DNA of 64,000 bases from Okamejei kenojei. Taxonomy: Eukaryota. The notes below the pieces were generated by a model that saw nothing but the letters and a program-made list of their open reading frames with translations, did no database searches and was not told the DNA's origin. Both the position numbers and the translations under genes were made by a program. Shown piece after piece: positions 13,275 to 26,150 of this stretch; positions within the stretch are counted from its first letter, which is position 1, and each line of letters opens with the position of its first letter. Location of the stretch: positions 14,632,001 to 14,696,000 of the forward strand of contig CM069140.1 of the NCBI GenBank assembly GCA_035221665.1, in the 5' to 3' direction.

Positions 13275-13440
13275 TTCAGCCCTTGTTTGAATGGTGGGGT
13301 CTGCTCGTCCAGCTGGGATGGCTTTGTCTGCTCCTGCCCTCCGAGCACCTCTGGAAAAACCTGCAGCCTGGTGCAGTGGTGTCAGCTCGACCCTTGTCCG
13401 CAGGGTTCACAGTGCCACTGGATTGGAGATGGTTTTGATT
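13275..13440 (+). CDS. CRB1: CRB1 exon 8 (EGF repeats)
   Basis: cccag|TTC to GATT|gtgagt; 166 nt, phase 0/1. [55 protein letters not shown]. Confidence 0.93.
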
Positions 13441-16400
13441 GTGAGTGGGCAGCTTTCCAGTCTTCCCAACCCATGTGTTCTTGGAAAAGCTTCAGTGACA
13501 CTGCCGATCATCATAGAGTGAGGATTAAAGCCACGCTTTGAGAATTCCATCCATGCGGAAATATGATCCGCTAGTAACAAGGGCATCCTCATTGTAGATT
13601 GGATTGCTTGTCAATCTTGTGTGTTCCGCTCAATAACATCTTTTCTTTAGACTTTAGAGATACAGTGCCAATCAGCGATCACCCGGTACACTAGCACTAT
13701 CCTACACACGAGGAACAATTTACAATTTTACCAAACGACATTGACCGACAAACCTGCATGTCTTTGGAATGTGGGAGAAAACCAGAGCACCCGGAGAAAA
13801 CCCTTGCGGTCACGGGGAGAACGTACAGACATCACCCGTAGGGGAGAACTCCATACAGACATCACCCGTAGTCAGGATCGAACCCGGGTCTCTGGCGCTG
13901 TGAGGCAGCAACTCTGTGCCCCTGTGCTGCCCAAACAAGTCGGTGTTTCCACAAGAGGTCTCTGGGCATCCTGCTTCCTGAAATGGGATAGACTTGAAAT
14001 TATTTCAGGCATTTTGAAAAAACTCTTAAGACATGGAGAATGCCTTCAGGCATTGGAAAGCACTGTCAGGCATTGGAGGGCCACCTGGACAAGGGGTTTC
14101 CAGTTGCCACATCTGCCCTGGAACTTGCCCTGGCCCATTGCTTAGCTTTAGAACATGCAACAGTACAGCACAGGGACAGGCCCTCTCGGCCCACAAAGTC
14201 TGATCCGAACATGCTGCCAAGACCAACACCAACTGCACATAATCCATATTCCACCAGATCCACGTGCCGATCTTTTAAACGCCACTATCACATCTGCTTT
14301 CAACACCACCCCCCCCCCCGCAGCGTGTTCCAGGCCCTCACCACCCTCCGGGTAAAACAAAATTAGCCCCGTGCACCTTTAAACTTTAAACTTTACCCCC
14401 CTCAGCTTAAAGCAATGCCGTCTAGTATTTGTGAAGTGTAAAATGTTGGCACAGCAGTGAGCATCATAGTAATTGTACAACACAGTTGTCCACAAAATTA
14501 AACGAGCAGCAAAACACCTCCTCTGGGAGATACTCGTGTAGATCCAAACATGGAGTCTGGACAAGCTCAGATGTGCACACAGTGACTGGGGCATAATTGT
14601 ATCTAAGATGGACACAGAATTCTGGAGTAACTCAGTGAGTCAGGCAGCATCTCTGGAGACAAGGAATGGGTGACGTTTCAGGTTGCAACCCATCTTCAGG
14701 CTGAATGTCACCTATTCCTTTTCTCCAGAGATGCTGCCTGACCCGCTAAGTTACTCCAGCATTTTGTGCGTATCTTTGGTATAAACCAGCATCTGCAGTT
14801 CTTTCCTACGCATAATTGTATCAGTTCCCCTCGTCCCCTCCCAGATGTGTTGTCCAAACCTGCTAACTATTGGAGGATACAAAAGAATTACAAACTTCTG
14901 AATTTTATGAGAGCAGTATTAATAAATAATGATTTAAACCACAAAATCAATGTTGATAAGACACCTAAATATATTTTTAAAAAAATGCAACTTTATGCCC
15001 ACCATTGGGAATTACAGCCTTGAGTACCATATTTCCTCAAAGTGTTGTATCTTGAACAGCCCTATACCATGGGTTGAACAGACTGGTGCAAAGTAACCGT
15101 ATAAAGTTGACAATTGTGGTTTTTGATATATTTGCAGCAAAATCAAAGATGTTAACCAGAATTAGCTTATTTAGGACCTCTATATCTAGTGAATGTTATA
15201 CCTAGTAGATGGACTTAACTGAACAATCCACACAATCTGCAAGGTTAACTTTAAGATAGATTAGCCTTAAAGTTATTCTTGGAGTCAGGCATTCTTATAC
15301 ATCTGTTGCACTACTGTGAAATCAGGATTAATTGATCATTTATATTCCCGGCCAGTAGCCTCTGGCTTATTTGTAGAAAACCTCTAAAATAATAACAATT
15401 AGATTGTTAGAAACCTGCATGTGACAATGATATTTTTGGTTACAGAACTGAAATCGTCCAAAATGTAATGTCGTACATGATATACAGTAGCATGATATTA
15501 GCATATAATGGGATTCATAGTGGTATCACTGTCTTCATTGATAAATAAAATACAGCACGGAAACAGGCCCTTCGGCCCACCTCCCTTCCATCTACACTTC
15601 ATGCTGCCTCAGCAAGGCCAGCAGCATAATCAAGGATGAGTCACACCCGGCCACTCCCTCTTCTCCCCTCTCCCATCGGGCAAGAGGTATAGAAGTGTGA
15701 AAATGCACACTTCCAGAATTAGGGATAGTTTCTTCCCAGCCATTATCAGATAACTGAACCATCCTACCAACAACTAGAGAGCAGTCCTGAACTTGTATCC
15801 ACCTCATTTTGGTGACCCTGTACTGCCGTTATCTTGCACTAAACGTTATTCCCTTATGATGTACCTTGAATCACTATGAATGGCTTGATTGTAATCATGT
15901 ATTGTCTTACCGCTGACTGGATAGCATGGAACAAAAGCTTTTTACTGTACCTCAGTACATGTGACCATAAACCTAACTAAATGAGTCCACGCTGGCCATC
16001 GATCACCCCTCACACTAGGTTAATGTTATCCCATTTCACATCTACTCCCTACACAGTAGGGGCAGAGGCCAATTAACTCTGAATGCTTCTTTGCTGACAA
16101 TATTATGATGTCTTAAGTAAATGCATTTGCTCCAATTAATGATTAACTAATTACTGGAGGGGTTCAACATACTGTACCAGTTTCAAGCTTTGTGAAGTCC
16201 AGATACGCTAGGAGGGGGGTGGCTTCAGAACTCGTTCCATTGAGCAAACAATCGTGCGAGATATGTTTTTAAAGTACATCTGTGCAACTTCACACGTGTC
16301 GATGTTTGTAAAGTAAACTTAAAATTCAGTGCCCTGTAGATGTGCATACTACAGATGCTGGAATTTGGTGAAGAAAGGTTACAAGATACCCTGCAGCAAT

Positions 16401-18217
16401 GACCAACGTAATATTCAGAAAATGATCAGAATTACACATGTATTGAAAAGCTTCCATCTGCATGTACTTACCATTATTTTCTAGTATAATTCTCTTGTGC
16501 ACATTGATAATGGAAAGTGCCTCTACGTGCATCAGGTTGTGAACGTGGTGGCAGTCCACTGCTAGAACCATATAGTTACAAAGTTCATCAGAGTTCATCA
16601 TTATTAGTGCAAAGGGCTAAATTGGTGTGGGCCCAGTGTCTCTGTGGACATTGTTACTCACAGTTGCAGAACAGCCAACACTTACCCTGGGCGAAACAGA
16701 CACAAAGTTCTGGAGTAACTCAGTGGGTCAGGCAGCATCTCTCTAGAACATGGTTAGGTAACGTTTCGGGTCGGGACCCTTGTTCAGGCTATCCACGGAC
16801 GAGGGCATTGATCTCACTGGCCTCTGCAGCTTGGAGTTGTGTAGTGAAGCCCAGATACTAAATAAGCCTCAGATGAATTGCAGAGATAGCCCCACCTTCA
16901 CTGCCCATAGTCGCCAAGGAAATTTAGAAACAATGGTTGAAGATCTCTAAATTTAAAAAAAATAATAAGTAAAAACATTTTTAAATTATTTTAAAACATT
17001 GAACTAAAGTTGTAAAATACAAAAGGACACAAAGTGCTGGAGCAACTCAGCAGGTCAAGCAGCCTATCTGGAGAACATGAACAGGTAATGTTTCGGTTCG
17101 AGACCCTTCTTCAGACTGGGAGAAGCTAACGTTAGTTAACTTTAAAAATAACCAGCCTTCCCTTCTGCCTCCTCATTTATTTGGTAAGAATTTCCACTAA
17201 AGTAAATTCAAATCATAGAATTCAACAATAAATCTATCCATCATCATTTTATCCCAGCCCTTCGGCCCAACTTGCCCATGCTGACCAACATGCCCCATCT
17301 ACACTAGTCCCACCTGCCTAGTGTTTAGCCAACATCCCTCTAAATTTCTCCTATCCATGTACCTGTCTAAACGTTTCTTAAACCTTGTAATTGTACATGC
17401 CTCAACTATCTCCTCTGGCAACTCTTTCCATACACCTATCACCCTCTGTGTACAAAAAGTTGCCCCTCAGGTTTCTATTAAATCTTTTCCCCCCTCAGCT
17501 TAAACCCACGTCCTCTGGTTCTCGATTCCCCTACCCTGGGAAAAAGACCCGATCTTTTCCTTTCATGATTTTGTACACCTACACAAGATCACCCATTTCC
17601 CTCGAAACCTATCCTATCCATGTACCAGTCCAAATGTTTCTAAATTTCCATATCCCCTACAATCAAAATGTGGATTACAGAAATGTCGGAGACACTTCAC
17701 CTGGAACGATTAAGACTTGTCCTAATGGACAGGTTAGATCAATTCAGAGGAATATGGTCTCCATTTATTGAATATTTAAAGGGTTAAGATGGTCCGGTTC
17801 GAGGCCATGACTGAAGCCTGAATGAAGGAATCGATGAAGAATTATATACAATAGATCATGAATATATCTCCAATGAAGAATATCTTGTTTAATACTCCAC
17901 TCATTTTATTTATCTCTTTTTTATTTCTCTTTCTCTTTATTACCTATCTCTATTTCCTACTGTTATAAAATTAAAAAAAAATATAGAAGTATAAATAAGA
18001 TTGACTGTAAATTTTAAAAATATTAAGAATGTATGTGACGATAAGATTTTCTTTTTCTTTGATTTTATATTATTTCTTCTTAATATGTAATTACTTCTAA
18101 TAAAAAATATTTTACAAATGTTTCTTAAACATTCTGAAATATTTTATCCTCGTAAAGAATGCTGAAATTATCAGTGTAAGCCTCGGGTAACATTGCTTCC
18201 TCTTGTGTTAATTGCAG

Positions 18218-19109
18218 GCCTTGTTCGTGCCACATTCAACGGAGAGCAAAGCTTGACATTCAGAGGGAATGGCAAAATTAAGCGGGATCTCACCAACATT
18301 ACTTTCAGCGTTCGAACGAAGGAATCGAACGCTGTCCTGCTCCATGCAGTGAAGGAGCAAGACTTCATCACCATCGGCATCCAGCAGTGCCATCTCATAT
18401 TGATGATAGGTGGCGGCAACCTGAGTCTCCTCAGCTCAAAGCCAATAAGCGATGGTGTCTGGCATGATGTTACTCTGCACATGACCCACCCCTCGCTTCA
18501 GCATTCCACATGGCAGATGGAGGTCGACCAGACGGGCGGGACTGTGACCAGTCACTCCGCCAACGGGAACCTGAACTTCCTGAGAGAGGGAGCAGACATT
18601 AACCTGGGCTCTGGGGGCTCGGAGAAAGCAGGCAGCTTCAGAGGTTGCTTGAACACCATGAGACTGGGTGGGATCTCCTTGCCGTACCTTGCGACCGATA
18701 GCGTGCACATTGCCAGACCGCAGCAGGAACAGTTTATACAACCGTCCTTCACCAGCGTATCGCGGGGCTGCCCCGGGGAGAGTATTTGTGCATCCGATCC
18801 GTGTGCAAACAATGGCCACTGCGAGGACATGGTCAGTTACTACCAGTGCAGGTGCCCGACTGGCTGGACAGGCAACAATTGCGAAGAGGACATTGATGAA
18901 TGCTGGTCGAGTCCTTGCATCCATGGCCGTTGCACGGACCGAGTCTCTGCGTATCGGTGTTCCTGCCTGCCGGGCTACACCGGCACCAATTGTGAAGTGA
19001 ACATCGACAACTGCCCAATGCACAGGTGTGCCAACGGAGCTACCTGTATCGATGCCATAGACGGTTACTCGTGCAGGTGCACAAGTAACTTCACTGGGAG
19101 ATTCTGTGA
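18218..19109 (+). CDS. CRB1: CRB1 exon 9 (laminin G-like 3 and Ca-binding EGF repeats)
   Basis: ttgcag|GC to GA|gtaagt; 892 nt, phase 1/2. Encodes ISDGVWHDV, FRGCL, DIDEC and NIDNC motifs. Confidence 0.95.
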
Positions 19110-20849
19110 GTAAGTAAACTTTAGACTTTATTTAGACTTTAGAGATGCAAGGCTAAAGGAACAGACCCTTCAGCCCACCGAGTCCATGATGACCCACGAT
19201 CACCCCGTACACTGGCACCATCCCACACCCTCGGGATAATTTTACAATTTACAGAAGCCAATTGTAGATTGGATTAGTTGTGAATCTTGTGTGCTCTACT
19301 TAATAAAATATTTTCTTCAGACTTTACGCATACACATTTACGCGGAAACAGGCACTTCTGCCCGTTGAGCGCAGGTGAACCAGCAATCTCCCCTACACTA
19401 GCACCATCCTACACACTAGGGGCAATGTACAGAAACCAATTAAGCTGCAAACCTGCATGTCTTTGGAGTGTGGGGGGAACCGGAGCTCCTGGAGGAAACC
19501 CACGCGGTCGCAGGGAGAAAGCCTTTTCAGGTAGAAAGTAGTGGTGATCTGGAGCTCACTGTCTGTAAGGGCAATAAGCTTTCCAGAGGGAATTTTGAAG
19601 GAAAATAACTTTAAGTGCCAAGGCAAAAAGAGCCAGGCAACGGGACTGAGAAGTCTGCTGTGCTATCGACTCAACGGGCCAAATGGCTGCCGTGTACACC
19701 ATTATTATTGATCCTATGAGTTATTTGTTGATTTAAGAAAAACATGCTCAAACTTGCGAAATACGGTCCCTCTCGTGGGCAGGAAATCTGCTCTTGGAGG
19801 CACATCAGGTCAGTAACAGACTTTTTGATGGAACAAATATTGTGAGATCTTGGGCAGACATCCCAAGTCAATTCCCTGTAAGTCGGGGGTCAAAGCAAAT
19901 GTGAAAATAATTGGGATGTGCACAGTCTTACTGTACCTTGTCCCAGGCACCAATTCTGCCTGCACCTTCACACTGATATTTCATGCCTCATAAAATGACT
20001 GCAAGTGGGTGCAACCCAATTTTACAACCCGCTGGAACACAAAGTGCTGGAAGAACTCAGTGGGTCGGGCAGCATCTGTGGAGGGAATGGACAGATGACG
20101 TTTTGAGTCAGAACCCTTCTTCACACCTGCTCCAAGATGGCACGGAAGCCAGGTGATCCGTGTGTGTGTGGTGGTCCCATAAGTAGATCTGCAATCATTC
20201 ATAACAATCATTCCACTCTTTCAAATCTTTATTTCAACATTACTCATTCCTTACTAACTATGTTCTTCTTAATCTACTGGACTTTATTCCCTTTATCCTG
20301 TATCTACACTCTCGACAGTTTGGTTGTAATCATGTATAGTCTTTGTGCTGACTGGCTTTCACTGTAGCTCGCTACACGTGACTATGATACACTAAACAAA
20401 ACTCTTAATTGGTTGCTATTTCTTTGCATCTTAGTTGACTGGGCTATTAATAATTGATCTCTGGGGATATTAAATAATCTTAAATAAGCTAAAAAACTAT
20501 GTTAAAGATTTTACTATTTTCATGAACATTTAAAAGATTCTTAATATAGTGTAAAATGTTTTTGAGGGAAATGAGTGATGCCTATTTGAAATATAATCAC
20601 AAACCTTTGAATTATTAATAACGTATAGAGAGAGCAAATTAACAGTTATCATATGATTGCTATATAAGCTTGACACTGAAATATTCCAAGCATTGTTTGA
20701 TCTTAGACGCTGAACAGTCTGTTCTAGATATCACAACAATACTTGCATAACAATTCAGGCTTTCTGAAGACTATTTTCTCTTTTAAAATGCCTGACAGTA
20801 GTATCTATAAATGATTCACAACTTGAAACCCATGACGAAATGTGTAGGA

Positions 20850-21360
20850 AGGAACTGCAGATTCTGGTTTAAAGCGAAGATAGACACAAAAAGCTGGAGT
20901 AACTCAACAGGTCAGACAGCATCTCTGGAGAAAAGGGAAAAAGAATAAGTGATGTTCTGGGTCGAGACCCTTTTTCAGACTGAGGGTCAAAGGTGGTATA
21001 GAGAGATATAGAACAAATGAATGAAAGATATGCAAAAAAGTAACGATGATTAAGGAAACAGGCCATTGTTAGCTGTGGGCAATGGAACTCAACAAGACGA
21101 CTATGAAACCAGTACGACTTGGGTGTGGGAGGGATGGAGAGAGAGGGGATGTAAGGGTTACTTGAAGTTAGTGAAATCATTTTCACACCACTGGGTTGTA
21201 AGCTGCCCAAGTGAAATATGAAATGCTGTTTCTCCAATTTACGTTTGGCCTCCCTCTGACAGTGGAAGAGGCCCAAGACAGAAAGGTCAGTGTGGGAATG
21301 GGAAGGGGAATTAAAGTGTTTGGCAACCGTGAGATCAGGTAGGCGCAGGCGGACTGAGCG
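20850..21360 (-). mobile_element. Penelope-like element 3' fragment
   Basis: VAKHFNSPSHSHTDLSVLGLFHCQREAKRKLEKQHFIFHLGSLQPSG followed by the same terminal repeat. Confidence 0.7.
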
Positions 21361-21752
21361 AAGGAAACCCATGACGTTCACTTTTGCATTACACAATGTA
21401 ATCATTGTTTTTGATTTAAAGATACAGCGTGGAAACAGGCCCACCACGTCCACACTTTCCATCGATCACCCGTCCACACTGGTTCCACGTTATCCCACTC
21501 TCGCTCCCGCACCCTACACACAAAGGGCAATTTGCATTTAATTTAGAGACACAGCACGGAAACAGGCCCTTCGGCCCAAGGGGACCCCACCGACCATCGA
21601 TCACCCGTACGCACTAATTTTATGTTTCAACATTCCTTCTGAAAGCAGGAATGCAAAGGGGGTGAAGAGACTTGACATGTAACTGTGCCAAAATGGTTCC
21701 TCTGCCTATAGAGGTCAATAATTAATAGAAAATTAATATCCTGTTGTCATAG

Positions 21753-21878
21753 ATATCTGAGATTATCTATTACTTCCTGCAATGATGTGAAGACAAATTG
21801 GACATGTTACAATGGAGGCAACTGTTCCAAGGAGAGGAACAGCAGCTGTACCTGCCCTGTAGGATTCACTGGAAGCCA
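21753..21878 (+). CDS. CRB1: CRB1 exon 10 (EGF repeat)
   Basis: tcatag|A to CA|gtaagt; 126 nt, phase 2/2. YLRLSITSCNDVKTNWTCYNGGNCSKERNSSCTCPVGFTGS, not in the ORF track. Confidence 0.9.
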
Positions 21879-22797
21879 GTAAGTGAAACACAGATTACAT
21901 GTGGTATATTCTGATTGACTCCGTACCAATGGGGGGTGGTGCTCAGAGATGAAACGTTTTCTTGCAGGTAACAGTGGAAGAACAGACAGACAAACCTTTG
22001 AGTACAATGCATTCCAGACTGTTCTACATATAGTGATTTGAACAAAACCACAATGTATGATGAGCGTTTGACGGCACTAGTCCTGTACTCGCTGGAGTTT
22101 AGAAGGATTGGGGGGGGGGGGGGGGGGGGACACCTCATTGAAACTTACTGAATAGTGAAAGGCCTGGATAGAGTGGAAACGGAGAGGATGTTTCCACTAG
22201 TGGGAGAGTCTAGGACCAGGGGGCGTAGCCTCAGAATTAAACTACCTTTAGAAAGGAGATAAGGAGGAATTCCTTTAGCCAGAGGGTGATGAATTCTGCG
22301 GAATTCATTGCCACAGACGGCTGTGGAGGCCAAGCCAATGGTATTTTCTAAAGTGGGGATTGACAGATTCCTGATTAATAAGTGTGCCAAAGGTTATGGG
22401 GATAAGGCAGGAGAATGGGTTTGAGAGGGAAAGATAGATCAGCCATGATTGAATGGTCATGTAGAATTGACGGCCAAATGGCCTAATTCTGCTCCTATGA
22501 ATTATGAACATGATCCAAATCAAGATCAATATAGACAGGCACCTAGATAAACTATAACAGCACAAGATAGATTTAAACAAATTAAATCAAAACCGATTCG
22601 GGACTTATGACAATAAAACCCTCTCGACAATTAAAGGAAGATCATCACCATATGAAGAGACAGTATAAAATCATGATCATCAATGCTATTTTTTGGTGGA
22701 CAAAAAGTTGCTGGTCTGCATCAATTAAAAAATTATTTTCAATATGTTTTTTTTTTGCATAATTGTATTTGCATCATCCTCCCCACATCCATTCTAA

Positions 22798-23080
22798 AGG
22801 GCCTGTCCCACGATGCGAGTTCACCCAAGAGCTCTCCCGAGTTAAAAAAAAAAATTAAACTCGTGGTAAGTACGTAGAATGTACGTAGCGGGTACGTCGG
22901 AGCTCGTGGATGTCTCGTAGCGGCTCGTAATGCTAACGGCAGGAACTCGGGAAACGCGGAACCGCGTGAAGTTTTTTCAACAGTGTGAAAAATTACTCGT
23001 GATGAGGCACCACGAGTTAATGATTTTTTTTTTTAACTCGGGAGAGCTCTGGGGTGAACCCGCATCGTGGGACAGGCTCT
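22798..23080. mobile_element. Non-autonomous DNA transposon (Harbinger-like MITE)
   Basis: Long imperfect TIRs agggcctgtcccacgatgcgagttcaccc...ctcgtggt and their reverse complement ending gtgggacaggctct. TAA at the left flank. A related left end begins at about 63784 and runs off the window. Confidence 0.7.
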
Positions 23081-24055
23081 GAAGCCTTTCATTATTTGGT
23101 AGGTTTCAGTGAGATCGCCAATCGCCACCACTGTGCTGTTGGCCAAAGGCTTCCTGTAACGGTGATATATTTCCAAGTCTGGGTTGTGCGGAACCTTGAG
23201 TGGAAGCAGTAGGTGGTAAGGACAAGGAGTAAGCCATTTAGAACGGAGACGAGGAAATATAGCGGAGTCAGGGGGTATGGGGAGGAGGCAGGAACGGGGT
23301 ACTGATTGGGGATGATCAGCCATGATCACATTGAATGGCGGTGCTGGCTCGAAGGGCCAAATGGCCTACTCCTGCACCTGTTGTCTACTGTCTATTGTCT
23401 ACTGTGGTGGTGCTCCCATGCACCCGCCAGCTTTCTCATTCTTGGTGGTGGAGGTAGAGCTCATGGGTTTGGGAGATAAGTGAAGCGAGCGACTTCAATG
23501 TGTTTTGTAGGTGGCACCAAAGCTGCAGCCAAGGTGCAGTGCTGGTGAAGGGGTGAACGCTGAGGGCGGTGGAGATGCTGCCGGGCCGACAGGTTGTTGA
23601 TCCCGGATGGCGTTGAGCATCTTCTGTGTTGTCGGAGCTACACCTATCCAGACAGCTACAGAGATCCGCTCAACCTCTGCATGAACAACCAAATCTGTCA
23701 AGTCTTGAAGGTGAACTTGCCACGGAAGGCTGTGGAGGCCAAGTCAATTCATATTTTTAAGGCAGAGATAGATAGATTCTTGATTAGTACAGGAGTCAGA
23801 GGTTGTGGGGAGAAGGCGGGAGAATGGGGTTAGGAGGGAGAGATGGATCGGCCATGATTGAATGCGGAGTAGGCTTGATGGCCTAATTCTGCTATCGCTT
23901 GAGAAAATGATTCCTAAAATTGCAATCAAAAATTTACTGGCACTGTTATCAGTCACATTCCTCAGTCTGATTTAGGACGATGTCTCTTACCGAAGGCCAG
24001 TTGAGAAGAGTTCTTGAAACATTTGTCTGAGGTACTTCTTCCTCACGTCTTGCAG

Positions 24056-24182
24056 ATGCGAAATGAACATTGACGAATGTGCATCGAGCCCTTGTCTTAA
24101 CGGAGGCTTCTGCCAAAACCTGCCCCACCGGTTCCAGTGCATTTGTGACATGAACTTCGCCGGCGACCACTGCGAGTTTGAT
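24056..24182 (+). CDS. CRB1: CRB1 exon 11 (last EGF repeat), spliced form
   Basis: ttgcag|A to GAT|gtaagc; 127 nt, phase 2/0. [42 protein letters not shown]. Confidence 0.93.
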
Positions 24183-24293
24183 GTAAGCGACCTCTCCTTT
24201 TTCATCTCTTTATTACTCTGGCAGAACCTGTTCCAACTTCTTTCCTACCTCGTTCTGCGAATGGATGACGAGCCAGCAGTGGAATGGGCTTGA
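24183..24293 (+). CDS. CRB1: Exon 11 read-through extension: CRB1-B-type transmembrane segment and short tail
   Basis: In-frame continuation [36 protein letters not shown], closely resembling the mammalian CRB1-B C-terminus as recalled. AATAAA at 24541. Confidence 0.85.
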   Translation, partial: VSDLSFFISLLLWQNLFQLLSYLVLRMDDEPAVEWA

Positions 24294-24949
24294 AAGTTAT
24301 GGATAACCCAACTAGTTTACCCAAAGAGAATGGCACATCGTACGTGCCTGAATAGATCTCCATGCTGTTGGGAAACAGCTTATTAACAGAAACTTGTATC
24401 AACCCTGGGAAAACTCAGACACACTAAATATGTAACATTTAACATAGATTACCTCCGGGAAATTATTTTCTGTAAACATTTAACATTAGATGTTTCAAAA
24501 TTGATTACAACACACAGCTAAAACCTCTCAATAATTTGGGAATAAAAACATGCAGAGATCATCTCATTATAATTTGTTTGCAGTGGAGATTATGTGAGGC
24601 CATCCATTTTAGCTAGTTTAAAATTATTTCTTTATGCAGAGTAAATGCACTGGGATAATCAACCATCTCAACTCACTTTGGTGTTTAGCTGTTTTAATTA
24701 TCAGCTTCTGCAATTTTCCTTCAGATGAAACTGATAAATAATTAAAGATAATAAACATTGCAACGCTACCATTTTGTCCTATCAATGTATCCTACTGTTT
24801 TCCTCATTTTCACATTCATTTTTCTTTGCAGACATTTACATTACTCACTTTAGTCACTCGAAACAGCAGCGGATTTATTTCTCCTGACTTCCCAGTTGGG
24901 TTTATTAGTTACCATCCTATACTTATGGTCTTAAATTTTGGAAATACCT

Positions 24950-26150
24950 TCATCCTACTTTTAAAGAAAGGCAGGAGAGAGAAACAGGGAATTATAGACC
25001 AGTTAGCCCGACATCTCGATAGCAGTAACAGGATCGGTCCAAGTCAGCATGGATTTACGAAGGGGAAATCTTGCTTGACAAATCTTCTGGAATTTTTTGA
25101 GGGTTTAACTTGGAAAATGGACAAGGGAGAGCCACTAGATGTAGTGCACCTGGTCTTTCAGAAAGGTCCCACATAGGAGATTAGTGGGAAAAATTAGGGC
25201 ACATGGTATTGGGGGTAGAATGCTGACATGGATAGAAAATTGGTTGGCAGACAGGAATCAGAGAGTGGGGATTAACGGGATCCTTTCAGAATGGCAGGCA
25301 TTGAATAGTGGGGTACCGCAAGGCTCGGTGCCGGGACCGAAGCTATTTACAATATACATCAATGGTTAGATGAAGGGATTCAAAGTAACATTAGCAAATT
25401 TGCAGCTGACACAAAGCTGGGTGCCAGTTTGAACTGTGAGGAGGATGCTACGAGAATGCAGGGTGACTTCGACAGATTGGGTGAGTGGGCAGATGCATGG
25501 CAGATGCAGTTTAATGTGGATAAATGTGAGGTTATCCACTTTGGTAGCAAAAACAGGAAGGCAGATTATTATCTAAATGGTGTCAAGTTGGAAAAAGGGA
25601 AAGTACAACGGGATCTGGGGGTCCTTGTTCATCCGTCAATAAAAGTAAGCATGCAGGTACAGCAGGCAGTGAAGAAAGCGAATGGCATGTTGGCATTCAT
25701 GACAAGAGGAGTTGAGTATAGGAGCAAAGAGGTCCTTCTGCAGTTGTATAGGGCCCTAGTGAAACGACACCTGGAGTATCGTGTGCAGTTTTGGTCCCCT
25801 AATTTGAGGAAGGACATTCTTGCTATTGAGGAAGTGCAGCGTAGGTTCAAAAGGTATGGCGGGACTGTCATATGGTGAGAGAATGGAGCGGCTGGGCTTG
25901 TATACTCTGGAGTTTAGAAGGATGAGAGGGCATCTTATTGAAACATATAAGATTATTAAGGGTTTGGACACGCTAGAGGCAGGAAACATGTTCCCGATAT
26001 TGGGGGAGTCCAGAGCCAGGGGCCACAGTTTAAGAATAAGGGGTAAGCCATTTAGAACGGTGACGAGGAAACACATTTTCACACAGGGAGTTGTGAGTGT
26101 GTGGAATTCTCTGCCTCAGAGGGCGGTGGAGGCCGGTTCTTTGGCTACAT
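24950..26150 (+). mobile_element. CR1-clade LINE, degenerate RT region
   Basis: QHGFTKGKSCLTNLLEFFE, SGVPQGSV, WQMQFNVDKCEVIHFG and LYRALVKRHLEY motifs, with frameshifts and stops. Confidence 0.92.

Noticed and set aside
18436-19023. 195-aa antisense ORF
   Set aside because: Shadow of CRB1 exon 9.
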